Positions 14,763 through 28,840 of a DNA stretch of 64,000 nt are shown piece after piece (positions within the stretch are counted from its first letter, which is position 1; the number at the start of each line of letters is the position of its first letter). Made by a program: the position numbers and the translations under genes. Location of the stretch: the NCBI GenBank assembly GCA_012295275.1, contig CM022665.1, positions 8,556,001-8,620,000 on the forward strand, given 5' to 3'. Under the pieces are notes generated by a model, which saw only the letters and a list, made by a program, of their open reading frames with translations, did not search any database and was not told where the DNA came from. The stretch is from Chrysomallon squamiferum (lineage: Eukaryota > Animalia > Mollusca).

Positions 14763-14765
<3 letters not shown>

Positions 14766-15935
14766 TATTTATTTATTTTTTAATTTTTATTCCATATTCT
14801 TTTTCCTTTTTCTTTTTTTTTTAAAATTGTTATTTTGATTTAGGTTATTAATCTTAACTTTCTTATGAAAAGAGAGAAAACAAAATTTTAAAATAAATGT
14901 TTTGCAAAAAAAAAAAAAAAAAAAAAAATAAAATAAAATAAATCCTAACCCAAACCTGACTCAGGAAAAAAAAAAAAAAAAAAAAACGTAACAAAAATAA
15001 AACAACATGAAACAATAAGTCAATGATTTATAATTAGAGGTTAATAGTAAAAAAACTAAACAATTCAAATAAAAGAAAAATAAAGAGCTAAAACAAGACA
15101 GATAAGCAAAGAAAAACGTTTTCTGTTAAACGCCTTTTTCTTCTAAAAATTACTCGTGCCAAAAAATTCTTCTTCATAAAAAGGATACCCCTCCTCCAGT
15201 CTTGTAAATGTAAATTTCACTGCTGCCAAGACCCTCCCCAGAATTTTAGACAATGACTTATTCAGTAGGTTTTTCCCAACCGTGGTATTTCAGTTCTCAG
15301 TGATAATTAGCGCTGTGTTCTATAAACTATTATCATAATTGGCAATAAAACTGAAACAGATATGCCCATTATTAATTAATTTTAAAAGTGTATTCATATT
15401 AATTATCTCAGCTATAAAGTGTGTAGCTGACCGTTTTTGTTTATCTGTTCTTCCTGGTTATTCTGCTTTGACCATTACATGGTTATGATGATCATTAATT
15501 ACTGTTAATTTGTTTTAAAGGTTTATATATATATATATGTATATTAATTATTCTATAATATAATGTATTAATACATATATAGATATAGATATAGATAGAT
15601 TTAATTTATGTCTTCTTCCTGGATATTAAATTTCTACAATCACTACAGAGATTATTAATTTCTGAACTTCTGAATCAAACTGTGAAACATGAAACAGTAA
15701 GGAAATATCATTACACCGCCGTGAATGAATTATTAAGTTAGTAAATACGTGTTTAACTAGCTCTCTATGCATATTAAATATTAACTAAATATTTAAAAAA
15801 TATAATTAGGTGTTAAGCATATTGTTGATGCAAAATGATCTCATGAAAAACTAAACCTATGGTCGTCTTACAATGGGTTTTTGTTACTAATTGGGAGCAA
15901 ATCATTTTCTATGTACACACTGAGATAGAGGGAGG

Positions 15936-16137
<202 letters not shown>

Positions 16138-17086
16138 TATTTACAGATTTACATTTTAGTTCCGATTTGTATGTGTTTTAAAACAGATATCTAAACAGAA
16201 AAATAAATAAATAATTAAATAAATGAGTCAAAACAAGTAAATAACGATACCAATAATACATTATTAATTTTTGTATCTAATTAGTAAGTTATTTTGTATT
16301 TTTTAATTGAATAATAAAGTTGAAAATAAAATTTAGAAGTGCATTTAAAAAGAAGACCTGCTTTATTTATTTATTTATTTATTTATTTAACGTAAAATAA
16401 ATATGGGGGGGGGAATATATAATAAGAATGATTCGAAAAAATAAGGGAAATAATTTATTATAATAGTTTCATTTTAAAGATTAACGCAAAAACGTTGTTT
16501 AATAGAAGTAATTCAAAGCGAGAAAATCCATTTATATTTTCTATTGTTTCCAGATATGTATTTCAAATCATTTAGGCAAAGTTCGAAACTATAAATGCAC
16601 TCATAGTAATTTCTACTCAAAACTCTCATTATATATGTTCCGATAAACTGTTTTGGTTTGTTCATCTTTTTCATTACTAAATCAATATAAACTAAACTGA
16701 CATTATATAACAACAATTTTCATAAATTGATAATAAAATGTATACAAAGTGACAGAAGACTGATTCTGTGTTTCTAGAAATATCATCCAGTGAAAAGCGG
16801 AGATTCTCCATTTTTCCGAAAATTAAATTCAAGTCTTGTTAAGCGGATAAAACCAACTGTTGCTTTTTCTGAATGTGAATATGATATAACAGCATGTTTT
16901 TTTTTGGCTTTGTGTGTTAATACAGATTCTTATTTATTTATTTATTTATTTATTTATTTGTATCCGTTTACTTTTTGGTTTTTGTATTTTCTTATATTTT
17001 TGTTTACTTATTTTTTTTTTTTTTTTTTTAATTTATATTGTTTTCTTTATCTATCTTTCTATCTATCTATATTATTTAAAAAATAA

Positions 17087-17118
<32 letters not shown>

Positions 17119-18097
17119 ATATTTTGTAATTAATATTTTTCTTAATCACTATTAAAAATAAAACAAGACAAATTTAATGCAGCTGTGTAATTACTGCTTT
17201 AATTTAGACTGATAAGCAACTTCTTCCCAAACCAGAATAATATACTTCTCAATATATAATTCATAATTATTTATTTATTTCTATAAATATTTCTATAATA
17301 TTTCTTTAAATTTTTGTCGTTATTCTGTAAATCCTTGTATTGCAGTAATTTTATTAATTATTTATTTCATATTTTTTAAAATATTTATAACACATTTCTA
17401 TATTTTTGTTACATTATTTTTATACTACGCATAAATTATTAATGTAATCTTTTTAATATTTTTTATATATTTTTTGTCACCTTTATCAAATTTTAAAATA
17501 ATAATAATAATAATAATAATAAATATAAGTACATTTGTAGTATTTCGGTATGTCTTTAAATATTCTATATACTATAAGTATGATAAGTATACTATAAATA
17601 TCCGTGCCAGTTTTTAGTAAAGTCATAAAACTCCGTGAATATGAATATTTTTATATTCTACGACATAAGTCAAATTCAGAGAAAGAATTAACATTTACAT
17701 ATTTTTTCAATATTTTTTTTTTTCTTTACATGCTACTAATGGTCCATAAAATTATGTGAATAAACCAGTTAATTATAATGAAGTTTAAAAATATACAACT
17801 GGCGGGTGTTTTATTATACATGCATTTTATTATTAAATAATGCATTTGCAAAACGGTAATGATTTTTTAATGACTGCAAAAGCTTTCAAGTGTTAAGTGT
17901 GTTTCATGATTTTAGTAATAGGGAATAAAAAGAGAAACGTGATAAAACACAATGATCTATATAACAGTGAAATTCTACGGAGTTCAGTAGTATATTTTTT
18001 TATTTAAATAGTTTAAATCCAGTCTTTGCAAATCTCTTTTTAACTGAAGGTTTTAATTTTAGTTTATAGGTTGATGCTGACCATTTGTAAGTATAAC

Positions 18098-18276
18098 ATA
18101 TATGTATATATGTATGTATATATTTATGTGTGTATATATGTATGCATGTGTGTATGTGTGTATGTATATGTATGTATGTATGTATGTATTTATGGATGTA
18201 TATATGTATGCATGTGTGTATGTATGTGTATGTATATATGTATGTATTTATGCATGTGAGTATTTGTATGTGTGTG
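18098..18276. repeat. Degenerate (TATG/TGTG)n microsatellite
   Basis: Alternating purine-pyrimidine TA/TG run. Confidence 0.9.
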
Positions 18277-18424
18277 TAAATGTACGCGGATTTGTACTAT
18301 ATTATTATTATTGTCGTTGTTGCTGTTCTAGGATAAATATATATTTAGTATTGTTAATTAAGGAAAATAATAATTGTGAAAATAATTCTATTTTTTTCAG
18401 ATCTGTTATTATTATTATGATCAT

Positions 18425-18463
<39 letters not shown>

Positions 18464-19929
18464 TTTTTGTTTGTTTGTTTATTTTATATTTGTCTCTTTT
18501 ATTTCAACCCTTACAAGTAATGTTTTAATATATCGACAAAGTTCTTATTAATTAAAACTGATTTTTTTTTAATTACAGCATTCACACACTTACTTACTTA
18601 ATTTACTTACAAGAAATCTACATAACTAAAAATGCACATAAATATTTTAATTATAAACATAAAGCATTAATTTATTTTTCAACAAAAGAGATGAAACCAA
18701 AAAATAAAATAAAAAATAAAAAAAATAAAAAATAAAACGAAAACAAAAACAGTTAAATGAAAATAATCTCTACTTGCATAAAATATTAAAACCCATTAAA
18801 CGGCTGGAATCATTCTGATTTTTGTTTGAAAATCGCTCGCATATGGAAACAACAATATCACCATTTATATGCTAAATTCGTGGCACAGAATTTCCGAAAG
18901 CATCTAGCGTGTTATTTCTGCAGCGGACACGAGCCACGGGAAAGAGCCCGGGCTGTCCACGCTTGGGTGACATCCTATACGTAGAGTGAGTAAATCCCAA
19001 ATGAAACATCTATCATATTTAACAGGCCGATAATGTTCGGAGCTTTAAAATATCTCCTAGCAGGTCACAAAGGTTTTTTTTTTATTATTTTTATTTTTTT
19101 ATATTTTTTTTTATTTTATGAATGGCAACACTGACAAAACTCGGGGTAATGATCCGCGATGTATAAACCGGCCAGGACGTTATTTCTCATTATCGTTTTA
19201 TCATTATATGATGTAGTCCGTTACGCATCACATCGCTGGCAAAACATGGTTCACAATTGAACTGGAGATCAACATATGGTAGAAAAATCGAATTGAAAAC
19301 CAGCAAAAATAAATATTTTCACGAGTTTCTGCGAAGAATAAAGAAGTAGCGAAATTTAGTTATCTGTCTGTTTTGTTTTTGTTTTCAGACTCGCAAAAAT
19401 GCGTCGATGAATTACAGAAATAACACTGTACTTTGAAGTTTGTTACTGACGAAATCATCATAAAAAGGACAACATTTAAAATATGTGCTTCTATATTTAT
19501 ATACTGCACTCAAACATTCCCTAAGAATAATTATTAAATTGAGAAAAAATTTTTTAGTCTACTGCTACTACTATAACTAATAATAATAAATGACCTATTT
19601 ATATTAGTCAAGAAACATATATTAAAATTAGAAGAAAAAAATCCTAGAACTACCATAAATTTCACAACAAAGATCGGTCAGACGCCTAAAGAAATATTAT
19701 TTTAACTTTATTTACTCTTTAACATACGTACTATCAAAGAGAAATCAGAGTAGTGAAAACTATAATAAGAAAGGAAAGGGAAAAATAGAATAAATAAAAA
19801 AAATTCAGGGAGAATAAAAACTGTGTATGTCAGTGTGGAATTTAAGAATTTAATAAAACCATGAAATCCTGCTACACTCACTAAATAAGTAACTATCACT
19901 ATGTTATTTCGATTACAGTTAATAAATTT

Positions 19930-20480
19930 GTCATTGTAGTATGTGATATCACCTTCCTTATAAGTTTTTTATATATATTTTTTTTATTACAGAACATGAT
20001 AATATCCTATTAGACTTGTGTTATTGCAGGACCTACTATTGTTGCCCTGTTTATCTTTTGATATTGTAGAACACAGTATCATCCCGTTACAAATCGGTTA
20101 TTATACCTTTGAAAATTTGTTATGGCAAGGCATAATATTACCCTGTAAGATATTTGTTATTGCAGGACGTATTACTGCCCTGTTAAACTATTGTTACTGT
20201 TGGACGCAGTACTGTCCTCTTAGATGTTTGTTACTGTAGACGATGATATCACCTCTTTAAAAGTTGTTGTTGTACTCTGTTAAACAATTTTTTACTGGGT
20301 GTTGCAGGACGTAATACTGTCATGTTAAACATTTGTTATTGCAGGACATGATATTACCCACTGAGAAAATGTTATTGCTTGACGAGATGATACTGCCTGA
20401 GGAGTTTATAATTGCAGGACGTGATATTAACCCCTAAAATATTTGTTACTGCAGAATATAATATTACCCTCTTAAAACAT
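19930..20480. repeat. Old degenerate ~37-bp minisatellite, ~13-14 copies
   Basis: Consensus ~TTTGTTATTGCAGGACGTAATATTACCCTGTTAAA(C)A recurs, e.g. near 20017, 20153, 20333 and 20442. Confidence 0.8.
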
Positions 20481-21065
20481 GTACAGACAACGGTCTATAG
20501 CCATCGACATGGGGGGGCAGAGGGGACAGATAGGAAGGCCAGTGAAAAGAATATATTTTTATCAACCCCGTTCAGTTTTTCCGGATTACCGTGGTTTCCC
20601 GCTAACTGCTAAAACGTGAGAATATCAAATGAATTATTTTTTGGTAGGCTTGCGGTCTGTTTGAGTTGTGAAAATTCAATATAACTGATGTCACGGAATG
20701 GACGTGCTTCGCTAGGGCACCCTGCAAACAAGCAAAAAATCAACGGCGTGATGGTGAATACGGTGAACCGTTTGCCTATTGTCAAAGAATATGAAAGGGC
20801 AAAATCAACACGGGTAACAATGATAACCGATGCTAGTATGTTCATCTTTGGTAAATACCGCTATGACACTATCTAAACATGCAAAACCTGTAGCTTTTAC
20901 TGGCAGAGGTAGCGCGTGTACCTCGGGTCACCGCTGAACGTCGAGAACTTAAAGGACTTGTCATCAGATACGATACAATAACAGAGCTGATTAAAAATAA
21001 ACTTTTATAACACAAAGCAAAAATGTGCAAGATGATTGTATGTGATAAGATGAAGATCTACTTAC

Positions 21066-21844
21066 TGTCCATTATGAGGCTGGGAATGAGGTGTACGATC
21101 TCGCTGACGTCGGTTTTTGAACCAGTTGCTCACTTGGGTTAAAGTCAGACCAGTTTTCTTGGCCAGATTACGTTTTTCGTCAGGTGTAGGGTATCTGTTT
21201 TGCGTATAACATTCTTTCAAAGCCTGCCTTGATTTTTCCTTAAAACAGTACACTGTTTCCTCTCCATCCCATATCGTCTTAGGAAGAGGAAACTTCCTAC
21301 GAAGTCTGTACTTGTCAACGGCGCCAAGCGGTCGCCCGCGAATTTTTTGTGCTTCCATATAATGTGCTTTGTACCACAACTGTTGTAGAAAAGTGTGATT
21401 TGAACTGTCGAATGTATGACTTTCTAAAATGGAATAAAGTTGTCTGTAGCCACCCCTATGAAACTCAACAGTGGCTCTCGCCTTCAGGACCGCCTCGCTT
21501 CCTCTGAGAAGTTCACTGGGTGGTAAAGACCACAGAAATCTTGCAAGTCTTTCGATATCGCCTTTCTGTTGTAAGGCCTCGCAGACACAGGCTACCTGTT
21601 CAGAAGAAAATGTCAGATTTTTGCCCGAAACGAGCTCTGAATTTGACGTCGTCGAAGATGCTGATGGGGATTTGTTTCCGGGTGACAACGTCGTGTTGTC
21701 TGCTGTCGTCAGTGAACCTTTGCGGTCCGCTGTGCCTACTCCTCCTCCCCTGTTTATTGACGAGTCGCCAGGGGTGAGGCACAAGTCCTGAGAATCGCTG
21801 TTCAAACAGGGTGGGGTTGCCGCCTGGGTGATGTTGTCCTCCAT
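21066..21844 (-). CDS. Six4/5: Six4/5 homeobox protein, first coding exon (SIX domain + homeodomain)
   Basis: [15 protein letters not shown]...LWYKAHY...[31 protein letters not shown]...[14 protein letters not shown]; ETVY tetrapeptide is diagnostic of the Six4/5 subfamily; strong start context CAAACATGG; exon ends at a phase-2 donor CA|GTAAGT, so the ORF-track TAA is intronic. Confidence 0.97.
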
Positions 21845-22060
21845 GTTTGTAAGATTTTGTGTGTTGTCGTCGTCACGCGTGAGCGTGAGAATTTATACGC
21901 GTCATCGAAGCACAAGATAGTTCTGAAGTCGCCACTACCCGCTAACACGGATGTACGTTGGTTATTGGCTGCGCGACGCGATCGCGATAGGCTGTTGTGA
22001 GCTGGGAGGCGTGGAACTTCCCTGCACTTAACTCCGTTGTGGCTTTCATCGGTCGCATGT
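21845..22060 (-). promoter_or_regulatory. Six4/5 promoter/5'UTR region
   Basis: CpG-rich island directly upstream of the ATG; minus-strand TATAAAT at 21891-21897 and AGCCAAT at 21964-21970. Confidence 0.6.
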
Positions 22061-23012
22061 CATTGCTCAAGTGGTATAATACAAAATTTCCCAACAAGAA
22101 ACTATAAAAGGAACAAATACCCATACAACCGCGCACATTGCCCTTTTCTTCAGGAAGAGTTTAGAATTTTAATAACTGCAGCTCATGTAACTAAGATTTT
22201 GTAACGTGGTCACATCTAATATTTCTCAGTTATTCTCATAATACTGTCATAGTCTACTTGACATTTAGCAAATAGTCTTTTCCGTAACTCTTTATTTACA
22301 TATGGAAATACACAAATAATAAGTTTCTAATACGATGGTATCTGCTGCTATGAAGGCATATATCCTTTATTTTAATAACGCAGTTTAGTACTAACGACTA
22401 CGCTTTCTATAATTTTTCTTTTCCTTTCATTTTCTTTTCTTTTCTCTTTTTTTTTTTCTTTTTTCTTTTTCTTTTTCTTTATTTTCTTTCTTTCTTTTTT
22501 TTTTATTCAGAATCATTATGCAAGATAATATTAATTTCTATATCCGTCGACAATTTTGGGGTTTTTTTAATTTTATTTTTATACTTACATTTAATTTTGT
22601 TTCTTTTATGTTTTTCAATTTTATTTTATCTTGTTTTCATTTTATTTTATTTGATATTCATTTTATTGGTTTTTGTTTATTTTTATTTTTATTACAATTT
22701 TATTAGTTTTTTTATATTTATCTTATTTCATGTTTATTTGTATATTTTACATTGTTATTTTATTGTACTTGTTTTAATGTTACCTTATTTCCATTATTAC
22801 TTGAATTTATTATCATTTTCACAACCAGTTAACATTTTAAAACTTTTTAAAGAATAATAAATTCAGTGGGCTCAAATAATGATGTAACAAAATGATTACA
22901 ATAACAATTTAAACGAAAAACCCCCCAAAACAATGAATAATATGTTTAAGATAATATATATGTTTTCTTCATATTTATAAGTATAAATGCACGAATAAAC
23001 ACGTACATATTA

Positions 23013-23043
<31 letters not shown>

Positions 23044-23356
23044 TTGTTTTATTGTTTGTTTTTTTGTTGTATTTTTGTGGGTTTTCTTTATTTTTATTTT
23101 ATTAATATATATTTTTTAATATACAAAATATATTTAATAAAGGTATTTATAAATAATCTGAAGACCATAAACTGTCATCAGTACACTGACAAACAGACAC
23201 ACACACACACACACACACACTCAAGCACACACACACACACACACACGCACGCACGCACACACACACAGAATCATCTTACCCTAATCTGGGAAGTGTATTT
23301 TACTTATAAGAATTATTATACATTTATAAGTAATTTTAATGCATTATATTATTAAT

Positions 23357-23360
23357 AGTG

Positions 23361-23394
<34 letters not shown>

Positions 23395-23430
23395 GAGGAG
23401 GAGGAGGAGGAGGAGGAGGAGCAGGAGGTG
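23357..23430. repeat. Compound (TAG)n-(GAG)n microsatellite
   Basis: Trinucleotide run changes from GTA to GGA in phase. Confidence 0.9.
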
Positions 23431-24177
23431 AAGTAGGAAAAATAGCACATATAGCTTTAATCTACTGTTAGTACTAAATAACTAGTAAAACTAGTAAGTA
23501 GTAGTTTAGCTACCAAAATACCTTTGAATATCAATAACTGTAGCACTAATAATGAAAAGGAATTACAGTTTTACAGATATGAACATGAATACGTGTACAT
23601 GCGTTAAATCAAATATACACTCACACAAATTCTCAGCACAGTCACTCACATGCGTGTCCTAACACATACGCAGACAGGTATACTGTTCAATGAAATACTA
23701 CAGGTATGTATGTATGTGCATGGCATGTGTTTATTACAGCATTTACAAAATAACTCAGTATACTTGCACATACATATGCATCTACATATACATATACCAA
23801 AACATATATACAAAAAGATACAAGTGTCCCTATATAAGTACCCCTTTGTAGATTTGGAGACAAATCAAGACCTTTCAGTTAACATTCTTTGTTTCACAAT
23901 TACCTTGTTTTGAATGAATGAAAAACAGATTGTGAGCAGTATGTGAAACAGTGACATTAATTCTCCGTTTTTTTGTTGTTGTTTTTTTTTTTTGTTTTTT
24001 TTTTAATTGTTTATATTGTACAGTACATTATTACACATTTATCACTGTTTGTAGGTGAAAATATGGTATGTCGGGAACGTTTCTACAAATTCTTCTTTGT
24101 AATATCACTTCCTTATTTGTCGTGTTTTCATAGAACACATCCACGATGAATACCGAGGACCTCCCTTTGCGTAAATT

Positions 24178-24213
<36 letters not shown>

Positions 24214-24818
24214 CACGTATGTAAGTTTTCATACACACATACACAGACACGTACAAACATAAACGCATACAAATACAGAAACAAACAGACAAACACAGGC
24301 ACCCACACGCATACATTTTTATATAGAAAAACAAAAGCACATTAATGTATATAGACTAACTGATACCTATGAATATATAACCTAGATGTTTTCGTGTACT
24401 CTTAATGTGTAATTTTCAATTCCTAATTTCAAAACAGTATTTCTTAAAAAGGACCTGTCAACAGTGATATGTTTTGGCACAATTACCATTTCATGGTTTC
24501 TGCGTCTTACCTATGTTTATTATCATGTCGTCTATAGGCCGCAGGTACGCTTCGGTGTGTTTATTTAATACCATTTATCTCTCTTCCTCTTCGTGAATTT
24601 TTATTATTATTATTATTCAGTAACATATTTCTGCGTAGGTAACATTAAACTGTCATGATAATACAGCTATAATGGTAAAAAAAATATGTTATTGTTAATA
24701 CTCTTTCTGCAGAATATATTTAACTATTTAATGGACTCTGACACTAACAAAATTCATACACAAAATACTTGACTCAGGAAAAACACCCACACGATTTTAT
24801 TCTTTCTTTCTTTTTTTT

Positions 24819-24849
<31 letters not shown>

Positions 24850-25583
24850 TTTTGTTGCTTATCAAATAAAAGATGATTTAAACTGGCTTACGGATAAATG
24901 AGTAATAAGAATACAAGATTTTGCAATTTTTCTAATATTTATACGCATGATTTATAAATTACATACATATTTCATGAATAATATCCTGAACTTTGAGTTA
25001 CTTACTCATATCTCTTTCAGTTTCGTTTAGATTTTATTACCGCTGTCGCACTTAATACAGATGATACTAATAAGTACAGCACAAAGATAAACAAAGAGAG
25101 AAAGAGAGAGGAAAATGGATGACATTTAGATAGAGAGAAAGACAGAATATAAACAGCGAACAGAAAAAGTGAAATAGTTTCAGAGAATGAAAGAAGACTA
25201 AGATTTAGTGAGTTTAAATGTCTGAGATTTCTTAACGTTAAATTAGGATATTTTCAATATGTATATATGTATGTATGTATGTGTGTCTTTGTATGTGTCT
25301 TTCAAAGAAACTGTGAATTTGTTGCATAAAAAACATACAGAACTGCTGTGCTAAAGTAATTTCTTGTGCAACATTAAACTGACTTTACGCATTTCGATTC
25401 ATAACCATTGTTGCTGAGGTTGAGAAAATAGTTTAATGTTCTTGCTAGATAAATATTTACACAACAAACAGAGCGAAAATCAACTGCTGTTTATCACTGG
25501 CGGTTAATGAGAAGTAAGAAAAAAGGTTTACAACTTTTGAATGTGCTTTCAGATGATCACACAGATGTAGAAAGTTTTGATTG

Positions 25584-25598
25584 ACACTGGAGGGCGCC
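25584..25598 (+). promoter_or_regulatory. Candidate CTCF site, abutting a CACTTGA NK2-type site
   Basis: ACACTGGAGGGCGCC, two mismatches to CCACTAGAGGGCGCC; ~3.7 kb upstream of the Six4/5 ATG. Confidence 0.35.
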
Positions 25599-26636
25599 AC
25601 TTGATTTAATTATGTGTCCAACACATCTTTTATTTGCACTAAAATTAATTTCTCGAGTATTAATATACAAAGTAAACAGGATCTGCGACAACAAAAAGTG
25701 TTTCTACCTGGTGTCTGTTTTGGACGACTACAAAAGCCACTCTGCATTTCACTAAATTGTAAAGCCTGCCAAAGCTATAGAAACTGTACGACTGCGGCAA
25801 ACTAATGCAGTGTCAGTCGAGGAGAAAATGTTCTAGTTTGATTGGTGAATAAAATACATCAATTACCACGCGGTCGAACACGTCTCCAGAGAGTCGGGTA
25901 GCTCTTCTTCGAATTGTCCATGTCGAGTGGAACGCCCACAGAGCTCTGTAACCAAAGGTGTTGCTTGAAGGGTCGATGGCTTTATTCGACGTTTTGTCGA
26001 GTGTTTTCTAAAGAAAAAGCCAATAAACGACACAGAAAATTGACTGTCTCTGGAAGAATGAAACTGTAAAGACTACATCACTTGCAAGTTTATGTCTTAC
26101 GGGAAATCATTTCAGGTTCGAGAGATATAAATCATTTTCCGATTCAGTGGTTAGACGGTTAATAACGTATTTTCACAGATGAAGCCATTGTGTTCAGCGA
26201 AAACATGACAGTAGCTGCTCCAGCTTGACCTGTTGCTGTATGGACAATTCAACAGGACTCATTTTATATATACACAGTACTTTTAAATACAGAGTAACTT
26301 CAGAACAGTTTACTCATAAACCACATATTAATACTAGATAAATATAACACTGGATTATAAAGAAGCGTCAAAATGTATACCTACACGCAGACTCAAAGAA
26401 TAAGAAAGCAATTTTCAGTTTTCATGTTTGTTGAATATTAGTTTTCTTTCTTTCTGTGAGTATGAATATATATGTAATTTGTGTATAGGTTATGCTTTGT
26501 TCTATAAGGTATATTTAAAAAAATAATATACAGCAGATAAACAAATTACTAAGTCTTTAACTAAAACCTCATTCAGAAGATTTAAAGATTTTATATTTAA
26601 CCTTATTATAAAAAATGGAAATAATATTAAAATATC

Positions 26637-26670
<34 letters not shown>

Positions 26671-27147
26671 TAAAAAGATTAATACTTCACAACTAATATA
26701 GACTGTGTGATATTACAAAAACTTTTCAAATGAATAAAAAAAAAAAAAAAGCTAATACTGTTAATATTATCAACAACAAAAATAAAATGATAATAATAAT
26801 AATAACTATAACAACAATAGTAATAATAATAATGATAATTTTTATTTTTATATTTTTTTATTTTTTGTTTGTTTTAGATTTAAAAAATTATCTTTCGCTT
26901 AATTATCGTCTGAATCCTTTCATGCACGGGTACTACTTTAAAATAATTACTATTTTGACCATCACAGTAATGTCATCAACAGTTCTTTATCCTGTACAGT
27001 GTATTTATTCCCATATGTCTTCTAACACATTTCCTTAAATGGTCATGAAAACATTGTCATTATATTCTACGAAATATCATTTTGAATAATAATATATCCC
27101 GGACAAGCTGACATACTATCTATGTCCGATACACTTTACCGACTAAA

Positions 27148-27200
<53 letters not shown>

Positions 27201-28373
27201 CATAAATAAATAAATAAATAAAAACCGTGCTTTCTGTCAACAAAACCAGTGCAGGTAATGTTTCCGGCGGTCATACGACACCACGAAGGAGAGACTGTTT
27301 TGATACGGCCACTGGGTGATGCACGCGCTACATATGCGCGCAATCAGATTAGCACGTGTGTGACACGCGCCTGCGTACAGAGGTTTTTCCGCATTGAAAC
27401 GGATTACCCCTGGTCTGTTTGCAAGAATACATATCCAATAACATTTCTTTAGGCAGTTTGATCTATTATCGCGAGCGATCCGACCCTAAATGGCAGCTGA
27501 AGGATCGTGTTACGTGATTGTTATTAAACAGAGGATAGCCTTCAGCTTACACGAAGCAAAATCTATAAATCAGTTTTACCTGGTTAAATGCATTTTGAAG
27601 AAATCTTTGTTAGGAGAATTTTATGTAAAAATAAATCAAATCAAATCAAATCAAATCAAATAAATAAATAAAAATAATAATAAAAATAAATAAATAAGTA
27701 CAGTACATAAATACATAAATAAATAAATAAATAAATAAAATTAATAATGATAAATACGATTAAATTAGCTTTATTTTTGCAGTGCTGGACAAACTAATGA
27801 ATATTAACACCAGCTCAGTACAAATTAATACAGTATAATCATTAGGAAGCAAATGTGTGTCTGTGTGTGTCCTATTTATTATTCATAATGAACACACACA
27901 CACACACACGCACGCACGCACGCACGCTTACATACATACATACATATATACATACATATCAAGATTGTCTACAAAATAAAATTAAAATTAAAATTAAAAG
28001 ATTATTTATTTATCTATCTATCGATCTATACTAATTATGCTTGAGTTATAAAAATGTGAATGTAAATTTATTTTGAATTATCATATTATTAAAAATATTT
28101 TCGACTATATGATGCGTGAACAAATGTATTAGTCATTATAAAGTATGTCAGTTTTTTAATAAAAATAATCTCTATAGGCACAAAAAAAAAAATAAAAATA
28201 AAAACATTAATTGGAACTAATAATAATAATTATTATTATGATAATGAAGATGACGATAATGATACTGATGACAATAATAATAAATATATAATAAATATAT
28301 AAATAAATAAATTTTAATAAAAACAACAAAACAAGCAAACAAACATGAATAGCAAATTAACTTATTACTAATA

Positions 28374-28770
28374 AGGTCCATACGCAGGTTGGGGGGAGGA
28401 TTGCATACGCAACCCCTTTGTTTTCTGAGGTTTGTCCGTGAATGTTTAAAAAAAAAACCCAAAATAACCCATTAAAGTAGTTCCACGATGTGAACTGTGT
28501 GAAATTTGGCGGGTCTTTTGTAATGCGCAGTAGAAATGAGACGTAACCAGTGTCGCTAATTTTTAGCGCGGATCTGTCATGATAGACATTAACTTCATTA
28601 CCTCCCCGTATAAAATGTATTATATTCCGAGGCAAAGAAACATTTCAAATATACTTCCCAGTAAGCAGGAAATTGCATTTCCTGCATTTTAGAGTTTTGA
28701 AAATTTCGGGGAAGAGCAGAGGACGGCGGGTCCCCATATTCCGCTAGCAACTTTCGCCAGTTTGGTCCGC
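28374..28770. mobile_element. Possible truncated MITE-like DNA transposon relic
   Basis: GC-richer island starting AGGTCCATACGCAGG..GGGGGG with CAGGAAATTGCATTTCC...GAAAATTTCGGGGAAGAGC, reminiscent of non-autonomous DNA elements; no matching second TIR seen. Confidence 0.3.
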
Positions 28771-28799
28771 CATATAAATTTCCTTTTTAATTTAAGAAT

Positions 28800-28840
<41 letters not shown>

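Noticed and set aside
20499-20600. G-rich AGCCATCGACATGGGGGGGCAGAGGGG as a MITE terminus or G-quadruplex
   Set aside because: No partner TIR found and too few regular G-tracts to call
21062-21065. ORF-track stop as the true Six4/5 end
   Set aside because: The TAA lies within a consensus GTAAGT donor just after the homeodomain; treated as intronic, with read-through kept only as a hypothesis
21471-21791. Antisense and alternative-frame ORFs over the Six4/5 exon
   Set aside because: Shadow ORFs of a GC-rich coding exon
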